A stretch of DNA of 64,000 bases, taken from Cetorhinus maximus (lineage: Eukaryota). Below the pieces are notes generated by a model, which saw nothing but the letters and a program-made list of their open reading frames with translations, made no database searches and had not been told where the DNA came from. Both the position numbers and the translations under genes were made by a program. Positions 48,550 to 60,900 of this stretch are shown piece after piece (the first letter of the stretch is position 1; the number at the start of each line of letters is the position of its first letter). The stretch covers positions 27,466,001 through 27,530,000 of the forward strand of contig NC_135901.1 in NCBI RefSeq assembly GCF_964194155.1, given 5' to 3'.

Positions 48550-49273
48550 TGTTGCGAGTATTTAGCTGCTTATTTCATATAGATCACAGGAACAGAGGGT
48601 GTTTTGAAGGCAAATGAAATGGTATTTAGTTTGCGTTTCTGCTTGGAACCTCCTAAAGCATGCCACTTTGCCATGAAGATGGGCTGTGCGAGGGTTAGAA
48701 AGTTATTTTGTTTAATTTATCTGGGTGTTGTTCACAGAAAGCAGCCACAGATTTGCTCTTGTTTTATTTGCAGATAAATTGGAGTTGCTGAGTGGAAAAG
48801 AAGCTGGAAGATTTGTCGAGCTTGGAGTTGGAGGATGAAATCTACAGTGACCCTCCCAGTGAAAGGCCTTGCGGTAGAACCAGTCAGCTTGAGCAGTTAG
48901 CTTGGAAAGAGCTGTGAAGATGCAGTTGGAGCAGGCTGGGGAGAAGCAGTTTGTCTGGTCAAAGTCAGGTCAAGAAGGCAGTGAGGCTCACGCTTGAGTT
49001 GAGGAATCCACAGTCGTGAGGTCTGAAAGAAATTTTGGAGGGTCGCTTAGCCAAAAGCTGATGGAATGTTGCTCAAAGGTAGGACGGGGTTTACAACTTA
49101 AATAATTACAAAACAGTGTCAAGTTCGTAGTGTGTAGTTTTTTCAATTTTTTTCTTTACAATAAAGTTTGTTTTTGTTTAAAAACATTACATTTTGTGGC
49201 ATAACTATTTCAGTGAATCACTAGGTGTTCAGATTTCTCTTTAAACACTGACAGTCCCGACCGGGATGGTAAC
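48550..49273 (+). mobile_element. Solo LTR (Gypsy-like)
   Basis: TGTTGCG start, GGTAAC end, AATAAA near 49160; termini shared with 33876-34724; truncates the ZNF-G 3'UTR. Confidence 0.65.
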
Positions 49274-50297
49274 GTTCTAGCTTGGTGCCTGGGGAAAAAA
49301 GTGACCAGAAACGGTCAGTGAGAATCTCCACAGAGAGCGAGGCAGCAGAAGCCAGTCAGGCTCAGGAAGAGGTGAACAGATAATGGGTGTTTTCAAGTTA
49401 CTGAATGAGACAGCGTGGCCTGTTTGTTCTTCTTCTTTGTCATGGGCAGTGAGTCAGAACTGGAAGCTTTTTATATTTTTTCACAGAATCACTGTCAAGA
49501 CCAACATTTATTGCCCATACCTAATTGCCCATGAGAGGAGGGTGGTGAGCCACCTTCCGGGACCGCTGCTGTCTATCTGATTCGAGTTTTCTGTAACAGT
49601 TTGGTACAACTGTGTGTCTTGCTCGGCCATTTCTGAGGGCAGTTAAAGGTCAACCACATCCCTGTGGGTCCAGAATCACATGTAGGTCAGACCAGGTAAG
49701 GGCGGCAGATTTCCTTCCCTGAAGGGCATTGGTGAACCAGATGGATAAGAGAATTCCAAAGATTCACAAGCCTCTGAGAGAAGAAATTTCTCCTCATCTC
49801 AGTCTGAAATGATCGGCCCCTTATCCTGAGACTGTGCCCCGTGTTCTAGATTCCCCAGCCAGGGGGAAACAGCCTCTCAGTGTCCACCCTTCACACCCTG
49901 GCTCTGGCAGCAAGTTGGCTCCACCATTTGCCAGTTGAACTTTCAGATGTGAAGCAATGGGGAAAACATTCTTAATAAGTGTCGCCTGGTTGACTCTGGT
50001 GGGCTTTGCAGATTCCCAGTCAATGTCCCGACTCCTCCCCTCCCAGCCGAGGAATCTTCGAGAAGAGCGGGAACTCCGGCTTTGTGCCCTTGTGGCATTG
50101 TGGCCCGGTCTAGTGCCCCCCCCACCCCCACCACCGCACCCGGGCAGATACCAGGGACCTGACATTAATCCCCTTGGGGTCTGAAAGAAATCCAAACAAT
50201 TTTCAAAGCAAACACTGATGCAGCTTGAAACTGATACATTGGTCACTGAAACAAAATCCACGTGGGACTCCGCTCCCTCATTAGCTTCATGTGGCAG

Positions 50298-50498
50298 ATT
50301 GACCAATGGGAACAACTGGAGGACCGAAAGGACTCTGGTCCTCCAGCCAATCAGAGCTTCCCCCATTGTCTGAATGCAGAAGTTGGACAATGAGTTTGTT
50401 CACCTGCTCATTGCTGCCCAGTAAAGCTGCTGCTCCTCTCTCTCTGAATGAAGGATGAGCTTCACACAGACTAAAACTAACTCCTGAGTCCAATGTCT
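50298..50498 (+). promoter_or_regulatory. Orphan ZNF-family promoter/exon 1 with mutated donor
   Basis: CCAAT..CCAAT module, donor GCGAAT instead of GTGAGT, family intron to ~51170, no finger exon downstream. Confidence 0.65.
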
Positions 50499-51214
50499 GC
50501 GAATAAAACACCTTCTTACCACCACCACCACCACCACCACCGTTTCCATTTATTTTCTCATTCTGGGGGTAAATTGTTGACTTGCAGCAACTGAGGGGAA
50601 AGGAAATGAATCCAGGGAGGGTGGAGACTCTGGAAAGGTTGGTCCAGGTCTCTCTCTCTCTCTCTTAAAGACACTGACATCCTTTGCTCCCTCAGCTTGA
50701 CACATTTATTTGTCTGGCCAAAAGGATGGTCTCTTTCCTAATGTTCACAATTAAAGGGGTGGTTTCTCCAGGAGGTAGCTGACATTCAGGTGACATTATA
50801 GCAATATAGGATATAGTATGGTCTAGTGTTATTATAATGGTACATATTATTTATGGTTCTCTAATTAAGAACACGTATTTTATTCCTAGTCTTGTAATAT
50901 AGTGCTGTATATATTTCCAGTCATAGAGTCATAAAGGCACAGGAGTCTATTTGGTAACTTGAGTCCTTGCCAACTCTGTAAAGTAATCCAGTCAGTACCA
51001 TTCCCCCTCTGTATCCCCGTTGCCCTAAAAGTTTATTCCCTTCAAGTGGCCATCCAATTTCACTTTGAAATCATTGATTGTCTCCGCTAACACCATCCTC
51101 ATCGGCAGCGGGTTTCAGATCATCACAACTTACTGTCTAAATAAAGTTTCTCCTCACATCCCCGTGTAGTTCTAATCAAGTAATCCAGTACGAATAGTCA
51201 TTTGGTAGCACAGA

Positions 51215-51420
51215 ACCTGAGTACTGCTGAAGAAAGTGACATGATGTCAATGCTTTTTGTCTTGCACTCATCAGGACAATTTGCAAGAATACCAATTGTA
51301 AATGGAACAACAATTTATATTGCATGGGAAGAGAGTGCTGATTGGTTGGCAAGTAGACTCTAATTGGTAGAGGCGTTGCCATGCACAATGATCTCAGAAA
51401 CGGTTTACTATGAAACTTTT
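51215..51420 (-). mobile_element. Penelope-derived terminal repeat with degenerate hammerhead motif
   Basis: Minus strand gtcCTGATGAgtgcaagacAAAAagcattgac; homolog of 1960-2150. Confidence 0.55.
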
Positions 51421-51512
51421 GTTTAAATGCAAACCAGACTCTGGTTGATCAAGGCAGTGTCCTGGGGAATGAACCATGGAATGGCTTAAATGTCAGTTGG
51501 GAAGCATTTTTT

Positions 51513-51870
51513 GGGGAGGTGATGGCATAGTGGTATTGTTGCTGGACTAGTGATACAGGCACCCAAGATAATGTTCTAAGAACCCAGGTTCAAATCCCGG
51601 TACAGCAAATGGTGGAATTTGAATTCAATAAAAATCTGGAATTAAAAAGTCTCATGATGATTATGAAACCATTGTCAATTGTTGTAAAAACCCATTTGCT
51701 TCACTAATGCCCTTTAGGGAAGGAAATCTGCTGTCCTTACATGGTCTAGCTGACACGTGACTCCAAACCCACAGCAATGTGGTTGACTTTTAAATGCCCT
51801 CTGAATAAGTGTAATTAGGAAATGGCAATAAACGCTGGCCTAGCCAGCGACACCCACATCCCATAAATGA
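51513..51870 (+). mobile_element. tRNA-derived SINE with CR1-type tail
   Basis: A-box TGGCATAGTGG, B-box GGTTCAAATCC; tail 'ggcaataaacgctggcctagccagcgacacccacatccc' shared with LINE ends at ~35580 and ~46690; inverted partial copy 49490-49745. Confidence 0.75.
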
Positions 51871-51884
51871 TTTCTTTTTTTAAT

Positions 51885-52436
51885 TTAGGGGACTGTGATC
51901 ATTGTATTGTATGTTTTAGGATGATGATATAAAAGGACAATAGGCAATCCACAGTAAGAATTATTAACTGGACAAGACCCGAGTTGGGCCAGAGAGAGTG
52001 GAGCAAAAGATTGGCAGGAAAAACTGCAGTTGAACAATGGGCAACCTTCACAAAATTGGTTTGGGCACAGTCAAGGTATATTTCATCAAAAGAGAAGGTA
52101 GGGCAAACAAATCCAGAGCTACCTGGATGAAAAAGGAGATTGAAATGATGATCAAGAAGACAAAGTGCGCTTATGATAGGTGTCAGGTAGAAAATACAAT
52201 TGTGAACCAAGAGGGATACAGGTGGTTCAGAGGGGAGGTGAGAAAACATATTAGAGAAGCAAAGAGGGATTATGAGAAAAGACTGACAGCCAACATAAAG
52301 GGGAATCCCAAAGTCTTCTATCGACATATAAAGAGTAAAAAGGTGTTAAGGTGGAATAGGTCCAATTAGGGACCTAAAAGGAAATTAACACATGGATGAA
52401 GGGGCCAAAGTTGAGGTATTAAATGAATACTTTTAA
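51885..52436 (+). mobile_element. CR1 ORF2 internal fragment
   Basis: TWMKKEIEMMIKK...KHIREAKRDYEKRLTANIKGNPKVFYRHIKSK. Confidence 0.8.
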
Positions 52437-52593
52437 TCCATCTAGAACAAATAAAAAAAATTAGGAAACAGTGATCACAAGCTACCTACACCCTATTATT
52501 GAAACACTAATTCATGCTACTATCCTCCTCCAGCTTTTTCACCAGTTCTCCTCCCCTGAAGGTACTGACTCTCGGGTTCAGTTTCACACTCAC

Positions 52594-53270
52594 CTATTAC
52601 CCTCCCCAATATGTCACCCAGGTGTCTGAATCTTTACACCTGAAGTTAACAAACTGTTTTGCTAAGGGGGCGTCACAATCAAATCCAGTGACTACCCACA
52701 TATACTTTATGTCAGGGCGGGGTCACTGCGCCCCCCACCCCCATTTTCCATCCCAGTCCCACGATTTTGGAGACTGGGCTCCGGATGAGTAATGGCGACC
52801 GCAGCTCCCACAATCCAACGCGCTGAGAAAAGCGCTCTATCCGCCAAGCGGGCGGGCAGCCCGGGACTGCGCATGTCCAAGGGAGCGGGGAAACTGCGCA
52901 TATGGTGAGGAGACGATGGATTGCGCATGTGAGCCTGCGGGTTTTGGGCATGAATGTGCATGTGCGGGGGTGAGATGGGGACCTGCGCAAATCCCGCGCT
53001 CTGATTGACTGAGGGCCATTGTCTGTTCCGTCTTCCAGCCTTTCCCATTGGACAACAGCTCAGCGCGGCTGGTGGGGGGGAGGGGGTAGGGGTCGCAAAA
53101 TCCCTCCCACGTGGGGTTACGCCTCTCATTGCCTTCAGGTGAGGGATTGACCAATGGGAAGTCTGGAGCACCGGAAGGACTCTTGTCCTCGAGCCAATCA
53201 GCACGCTGGCTTTGTGTAAATGAAGAGTGACCTTCACACAGACTAAAACCTCCTCCTGTGTCCAACATCT
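52594..53270. promoter_or_regulatory. Bidirectional promoter driving ZNF-H (+)
   Basis: Donors GTGAGT at 52588-52593 (-) and 53271-53276 (+); ZNF143-like site 52804-52822, several GCGCAT(G) motifs, CCAAT-ETS-CCAAT. Confidence 0.8.
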
Positions 53271-54501
53271 GTGAGTAAAACACTTTCTTTTCTCCCCCTT
53301 TCCATTTCTTTCCTCATTCTGGGGGGAAATTGTTGACTTGCAGGAACTGAAGGGAAAGGAAGTGAATCCAGGGAGGGTGCAGACTCTGGAAAGGTTGGCC
53401 CAGGTCTCTCTCTCTCTCTTAAAGACATTGACATCCTTTGCTCCCTCAGCTTGACACATTTGTTTGTCTGGCTAAAAGGATGGTCCCTTTCCTAATGTTC
53501 ACAATTAAAGGGGTGGTCTCCCCAGGAGATGGCTGACATTTGAGGGGACAGTATATTTATATAGGACAGAGATATGTCTAGTGTATGTTATTTATGGTTC
53601 TTTAGTAACAGAGATGGAGTCATTACAGCACAGAAGAGCCCACTTAGCAATTGGAGTCCATGCCGACACTGTAGAGCAACCTAGTCAGTCCCATCCCCCC
53701 TCTATATCCCTGTTCCCCTGCAAGTTTATTTCCTTCAAGTGCCCATCCAATTTCATTTTAAAATCATGAATCGCCTCCACTTCCACCACCCTCGGAGGCA
53801 GCAAGTTCCTGATCATGAAAAATCACTGCCTAAAAAAAACCTTCTTCAGATTTTCCCGATATCTCTGATCAGGAAATAAACTTAAATGATGATTTTCATA
53901 TTATGGACAGGAAGCAATGGGTTTGCAGCTGTTGATCAGCATGAATCGGCCCCTTCTGGACAATTGGGAGGGTGTATATTAAATACAGCAGAGTGAGAAT
54001 GGAGGGAGAGTGTGTGGGATGGAGATTTACAGATGTTGGGAACAAGTGAGGGATGTATGTTCCATAGAAACTAGAATTGTCAGTTCTGAATTTCTATTGC
54101 TGTCCTGACAGATGATTTTTGTAAACACTTTTTACAGGATATTAGCAGGGGAGGATTTTCAGCCTGAAATCTCAAACCAAACATTGTGTCAAGATCTGAT
54201 AGAGTCATCCAATTCGTCGGGACCTGAATATCATCGGCCGTTGAATCTGGAAGGAGAAATGTTTGTCTGTTCTGGCTGCTTCAAAAGGTTTTCATCATCG
54301 GTGTGACTGGGTAAACACCGAGACACAGACACCCGAGTAAGAGTGTTCCAGTGAAATGAGTGTGGAAAGAACTTTAACCAGTTACACAGCCTGAACGTAC
54401 ATCACAGTATTCACAGCGGGGTGAGGCTGTGCACGTGTTCTGTGTGAGGACGAGGCTTCAACTGATCATCAAACCTGGAGAGTCACAAGGACTCCTGTAT
54501 C

Positions 54502-55236
54502 ATGGAGAAGCTGTGGAAATGTGGGGACTGTGGGAAGGGTTTCCGGTTCCCGTCTGCGCTGGAAACTCATCGACGCATTCACACTGGGGAGAGGCCATTT
54601 ATTTGCTCCATGTGTGGGAAGGGATTCACTGATTCATCCACCCTTCGGAAACACCAGCATGTTCACACCAGGGAGAGGCCGTTCACCTGCTCCGAGTGTG
54701 GGAAGGGATTCAGGGATTCATCCCACCTGTTGACACACCAGCGGGTTCACACCAAGGAGAGGCCATTCACTTGCTCGGAGTGTGGCAAGGGATTCAGTCA
54801 TACATCTCACCTGCTGACACACCAGCGAGTTCACACGGGGGAGAGGCCATTCACCTGCTCTGTGTGTGGGAAGAGATTCACTCAGTCTTGCAACCTGGTG
54901 ATGCACCAGCGAGTTCACACTGGGGAGAGGCCACTCACCTGCTCTTTGTGTGGAAAGCAATTCAATCACTTATCCAACCTGGTGAGACACCAGCGAGCTC
55001 ACAGTGGAGAGAGGCCGTTTACCTGCTCTGAGTGCGGAAAGGGATTCACTGATTCATCCAACCTGCTGAGACATCAGCGAGTTCACACCGGGAGAGACCA
55101 TTCGCCTGCCCTGAGTGTGGGAAGGGATTCAGTCAGTTCTCGAGCCTGCGGAAACACCAGTGAGCTCACACTGGGGAGAAGCCATTCACCTGCTCTGAGT
55201 GTGGGAACGGATTCTCTCAGTCCCCACACCTGCTGA
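54502..55236 (+). CDS. C2H2 zinc-finger protein H, 7 intact fingers then frameshifted tail
   Basis: [14 protein letters not shown]..., intact splice signals (acceptor 54137|54138); frameshift near 55090, original family stop at ~55257. Confidence 0.82.
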   Translation: MEKLWKCGDCGKGFRFPSALETHRRIHTGERPFICSMCGKGFTDSSTLRKHQHVHTRERPFTCSECGKGFRDSSHLLTHQRVHTKERPFTCSECGKGFSHTSHLLTHQRVHTGERPFTCSVCGKRFTQSCNLVMHQRVHTGERPLTCSLCGKQFNHLSNLVRHQRAHSGERPFTCSECGKGFTDSSNLLRHQRVHTGRDHSPALSVGRDSVSSRACGNTSELTLGRSHSPALSVGTDSLSPHTC

Positions 55237-55599
55237 CACCCCAGTGAGTTCACAAGTGATTACAGGGGTTGGATTCTGCTGTTATTGCTGTTGTTAATCA
55301 CATCCAGAACTGAAACATATTCATTCTGACACTTGGTGAAGTGGGAGGGTCAGAGGGTTTCTTTCTGCTGGACTGGCTGGTCTCGTGACTTTGCTCCCAA
55401 TGGGCTGATGCTCTTTGAGCCCGGGAGTGCATATTTCCACTGATATGATCCACAAAAGCTGAAGAAGCACATTTATTTTATCCTGGTAGTAAATAGTGTT
55501 TTTCCACCCACTACAGGTAGATCTGAAATAAATGCATTTGTCTCTGTTCCATTGAGCCTCGAGGCTGGAGTGAGGATTTATGAGAATGACACGAGTCAT

Positions 55600-55770
55600 C
55601 GGTTAAATGGTGCATTCTCCATGGCAATGCATCCACCAATCAGAGTGCATTTGCCAACCGATCAGCACACTCCTCTCATGAAGTATAAATTGTTGTTCCC
55701 TTCATATTTGATATTCTTGCAAATGTTCTGGTGAGTGTAAGATGAAAAACTTCGATGTCTCTTTTTTCTA
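55600..55770 (+). mobile_element. Penelope-derived terminal repeat (degenerate)
   Basis: Homolog of 1960-2150. Confidence 0.5.
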
Positions 55771-56821
55771 CAATTACTGTTTTAATTAACAAACAGTAAC
55801 AAAGATTGAATAATAATGAATGAGTAGTTATAGTAAAAGATTGAATTTTATTTGCTGTGAACATGTAAAACCTTAATTTCTGTGTATGTAAAGAATGTGC
55901 AATGATGATAAATGTACTGGCAAGAAAGACCTTCAAGCTCTGATTAGCCTCAACATTTGAAATATGAATAAAGGATGGTATAGAGTCAGATAAAGGGATA
56001 GTGTCAAAAAGTTCTGTGGTATACCTGTCTAAGGTAATGAGAGAATGTGGTGTAAGTAATTGGGGATCCAATTAAATTAATCTAGGAACCAAATTGACCA
56101 ACAGGCCCAAAAGCTGTTCCCACCAAGGACGAGGGGACACAGGTTGAAGGTTTTAAGTGCGAGATGTGGGGGGGATGTGAGGAAGAAGTTTTTTTTACAC
56201 AGCAAGTGAGAATGACCTGGAACTCTCTGCCTATGAGGTGATGCAATCAGAGATGATGAACGATTTCAAAAGAAAATTGGATGGGCACTTGAAGGCAATA
56301 AACTTGCAGGGATACGGGGATATAGAGGGGGAATGGGACCGACTGGATTGTTCTACAGAGAGTCAGCATGGACTCGAGTTACCAAATGGACCTTTTTGAA
56401 GGTAACTTTGTAACATTTAACCCATGTTGGTGCAGCTGTTCAACAAAACTAACAACTTCTTAAACAAATATTTCTGATTCTTGACCAATGGGAAAAGGGT
56501 TCCTCATTTCCCCACAACAAATTGAGCCAATCAGCTTGGAGTCCCTTCTAACTGTGAACTATAACTTGTTCCAGGACACCCTGTTAAGATACACCTGGTG
56601 CTCTGACCCCTTCCTGAACTTAACACCAGTTTTTTTTTCCTTAAAGCTACATTACAGTATCTGGAACTTAAAGAGACAGGCAATTGAAGACTGTTCATCG
56701 TTAAGCTTACATACAGTACAATTTGGTAATATAAGCCTTATTAATTACACAAATGTGTCATCGAGGTGAAGTTTAACAGTTAACACTGATAAAGAGGATG
56801 ATTCCCGTTATTTTGCAGGGA

Positions 56822-57908
56822 ATCCCCACTCTTTTTAGTGACTTCAATGTGTTCATATCACCAAACCAGAACTTTCACACTCCTTAACCTTGTGTCGATC
56901 CTCAGTACAAGGTGAATCTGGGTAACATGTTCACCAATCTAATCCACATACTGTCGAGGTGCAGCCACTATCTAACACAGCACAGTTGAATGAGTCTGTG
57001 ACTAATATACTCATCACTGGACCAAAGCTCCTTGTGATGACTACAATTCCTTCAGAGTGATCATCATCATCATCTTCAGCCTCAGAATTCTCTGTGTCAT
57101 GTGTCACTTCGAAGACCCTGATTTTCCACTTTGGGCAGTTCATCACATAATGATATTTTGAGTCAGACCTGAAACACCTGTTAATTGTTCTCTGGCCATT
57201 CCTGGGGTTCATTCACCTATTAATGCTGTTCCAATCCTGTCTTTTGTTGAAATATCCAGATCTGCTAAAGATGTTTTCACCCTCATTCGAAACCTGTCAA
57301 AGTCCAACTATGCTTCATAGGCATTCAATAGATCATCTTTCTTGTAAATCTCATCAATGAACTTGAATAGAAGATCCAAACCTTCTTCAGTATCCAACTT
57401 CCAGCTCACTAAATACTTTGCTTCTGAATTTACTTTTGTTGGGAAGTGACAATGCTAAGACCAGACCTTGTTTCCTCTTTGGTAGGGACGTAACCCGTGT
57501 CCACATATCCACTTCATTCTTCCACTGGTCGTGTGGCTCAGATACTGAGAACATCAGCGGGTAATCAGACCCTGACAACTTCCACTTGCTTTCAGCCATT
57601 TCTCACAAAAGCTACTCGGGTTGTAAGCCTCTGTTTAATATTTTATTTTCCTCTAGTTACCAACATTCACCATTAGACAATCATTCTCTGTTACCATGTT
57701 ATAATGTTGACAGCCTGATGACGAAGGAAGAAACTGGAGCTAATCTTTACTTGGTATAGATTTATTCACCGAGTGAAGCATTACAGGTATATACCTCCTG
57801 ACTTGACTCCACTCTATGTTAGTAAGGGTCCCCTTATATATGCTCAAGTACCGATCTAATACATGATGTCCACCCGTATATACTTAACCTCAATTCACAC
57901 AATCAATA
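56822..57908 (-). mobile_element. Copia-type element 5' part (LTR, PBS, gag, protease)
   Basis: LTR 57697-57908, PBS 57686-57696, MAESKWKLSGSDYP..., AVLDSGCTSTVCG; lacks the 145-bp insert. Confidence 0.85.
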
Positions 57909-58361
57909 GCCACAGTCAGAGCATCTAAAAGGTCTCCAATCGGTGTGACTGTCATGGTGTGTCAGCAGCTCGGATGTACAGGTGAATCCCTTCCCACACT
58001 CAGAGTAGGTAAACGGCCGCTCCCTGGTGTGAATTCGCTGGTGTCTCAGCAGGGTGGATCGATCACTGAATCCCTTCCCACACTCAGGGCAGGTGAATGG
58101 CCTCTCCCCGGTGTGAACTCGCTGGTGTGATTGCAGGCTGAATAACTGACTGAATCCCTTCCCGCACTCAGGGCAGGTGAATGGCCTCTCCCTGGTGTGA
58201 ACTCGCTAGTGTGACTGCAGGTGAGATGACTGAGTGAATCCCTTCCCACACTCAGAGCAGGTGAATTACCTCTCCCCGGTGTGACTGCGCCAATGAATTT
58301 CCAACACAGATGGGTATCTGAATCCCTTCCCACAGTCCCCACATTTCCACGGTTTCACCAT
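57909..58361 (-). pseudogene. C2H2 zinc-finger gene I (5 fingers plus partial; nonsense codons)
   Basis: [14 protein letters not shown]; TAA after the first linker, TAG in finger 2; ends CSDCG at the LTR; acceptor at 58711. Confidence 0.85.
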
Positions 58362-59292
58362 GATGCGCATGTTCTTGTGTCTCTCCAGGTTCTACGATCA
58401 GTTGAAGCCTCGTGCTCACAGAACACGTGTACAGTCTCTTCCCGCTGTGAATGGTGATGTTTTTCTCAAGCTGCATAACTGGTTAAAGTTGTTCCCACAG
58501 TCAGTCTCTCACTCGGGTGTGTGTGTCTCGGTGCTTTTCCAGTCACACTGATGTTTAAAACCTTTTGAAGCAGACAGAACAGACAAACATTTCTCTTTCC
58601 AGATTCAAAGGCTGATCATATTCAGGTCCCGATGAGTCAGGTGAGTCTGCCAGATCTTGACGTGATGTTTGGTTTGAGATTTCTGTCAGCAAACCCTCCC
58701 CTTCTAATATCCTGCTAAAGGAGTTTACAAAAGTCATTCTTGTCAGTACAGGATAGAAATTCAGAACAGACAATTCTAATTTCTGTGGAACATTCTTTCC
58801 TCTCTCATTCCCCAAAAGCAGTAAATCTCCATCCCACAAACTCTCACTCCATTCTCACTCTGCTGCAACTAAGTTACACCCAACATTACTGCACTAAAAA
58901 TGTGTCTAATACACAGTGCTCAATTACATGATTAGAGATACATGGTGCTGCGGGGATGAAATTTATTTCAACAGCCAGTGGTGATGTCCTGGAACCCACT
59001 GCCTATGAGGGTGGTGGTTCCAGAGACGATCAATGAGTTCTAAATGAAATTGAATTGACACTTGAAGGAAATGAACATGCAGGGGAACGAGGGTATAGAA
59101 GGGGAATGGGATTGACTGGATCGCTCTACAGAGAGTTGGTATGGACTCGAGTTGTCAAATGGACTCTTTCTGTGTCAGAATTACTCCATCATTGGAAATA
59201 TATTAAGTAGCTACAGTACTCTCCTCCAAGACTAGAAGGATAACAAATTAACTTTATGACAAAACTATCAATAATATATCTAAAGTTTCCCC

Positions 59293-60182
59293 CGTTACAG
59301 AAGTATAATAATTTTCATAATATTATTCTGGTTTATTGTTGAGTAGGTTTGTGAGCGTGGATAGTTCTCTCTGTTTGATTTAACTACATTTGGAGTCAGA
59401 GAAACTGCAAGCTTGAAATTATCAAAAGAAGTTAGGTGTAGAAATGTACTTGAAATGCTTATGAGTAAACATCAATGGGGTCCTAGCATGTAAAGTGTGA
59501 AAGGAATTTGCGTTTCTAATGAAGTGAAGGGGTTGTTTGGATTTCAAAGGGATGTTAGGATTTTTACAACTAGCCAGATGAGCAAGGCTAAGCGTTGTGT
59601 TAATTTTCCCAAAGGTTACTGATAATATTGGCAACATGAAAGATTGTTATAGTATGGGAAAGTTAAAGATCCAAAGACCTATGGAACAATGGAATTAACA
59701 TATTAAAGAGAGAGAAACATATATAAAGGAGAATGAAAGGCTATGTTGGGAGGGCCCTTTGGGAAGCTTCCACCCATTTGTGCATAAGTCTACTTTGTCC
59801 AGAAACTAAAGTTGAAGACAAGCTTTTGGATCTCCTCTGTCAAGTGGGTACTGTGGTAACTTGCTGACTTATTTTTTAAATTTAAAATTTATTTTGGATT
59901 GTTGCCTTAAAGGGGGTGTGTAATTTAGAGTCAGGTCAATTAGGAATTTGAGGATTTGTTAAAGTATTAAGTAACTGTAATCTTATGTATGTGCTTGAAA
60001 TCTTTCATTTTGTTAATGAATATTTTAATGTCATGTTTAAAATCTCTGAAGGTCTTAGTGGACTCCTTGTTTCTGAATTCAGTGCACACATTTTCTTGAA
60101 ATAAATACAAATTGCAAAACTGTTGTGATAGCATGGCCAAGTTTCCCCTGTGGATTTGGTCCACCTGGCACACATCATAACA
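59293..60182 (+). mobile_element. Solo LTR-like insertion in the ZNF-I intron
   Basis: (C)GTTA...TAACA termini; flanks are contiguous in the paralogous intron at ~6820. Confidence 0.6.
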
Positions 60183-60900
60183 CCCAAATCACAACATTAG
60201 ACATATCTTTGTCCTTCATACTGTATTGTCCAGGGGGCAGAACTCTAATGAAATAAAATAAGGGACACTTCAGCCGTGGGGGAGGCATGGGTGGGGGTGA
60301 GATGCTCGTGACCGTGAAGCAGGTTGGGGGTATTTGCGTTTCAATATGAGAGGGGCTGGGTAGGAGGTGTCTAGAGACAATAATAGTGGGAGCAGTGGGG
60401 TTTAAAATCAACTAAAACTTACAATGGTTCTTGTTCAGTCACAACATCATCATCTCTCTGCTGGCCGACTCACTCACTTGCCGTCCCACTCGAATCACTC
60501 AAACTCACCCTGGAGACTCAGGGATCAGTTTCTCACAGGCTGTCCTAAAAATATGGGCAAAAATACAAAATAAGGAGGAATCCCTTAAAATACAGGACAG
60601 TTAAACACCCTGAAATTGTCTCCTTAAATGTCAGCCACCTCCTGGGGAAACCACCCCTTTTATTGTGAACATTAGGAAAGAGACCATCCTTTTGGCCAGA
60701 CAAGTAAATGTGTCAAGCTGAGGGAGCAAAGGATGTCAATGTCTTTAAGAGAGAGAGAGAGAGAGACCTGGGCCAACCTTTCCAGAGTCTGCACCCTCCC
60801 TGGATTCACTTCCTTTCCCTTCAGTTCCTGCAAGTCAACAATTTCCCCCCAGAATGAGAAAAGAAATGGAAAGGGGGAGAAAAGAAAGTGTTTTACTCAC

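Noticed and set aside
53220-53246. Micro-ORF MKIELHTD*-type in exon 1 of several copies
   Set aside because: The ATG is only ~25 nt from the CCAAT box and probably upstream of the TSS; lost in two copies
52707-53459. Recurrent ORFs MCQAEGAKDVNVFKRE... and MFYSQMLDT... (also 7530, 27735, 60733)
   Set aside because: Antisense to promoter/exon 1/intron; frames shift between copies at the GA microsatellite and homopolymers
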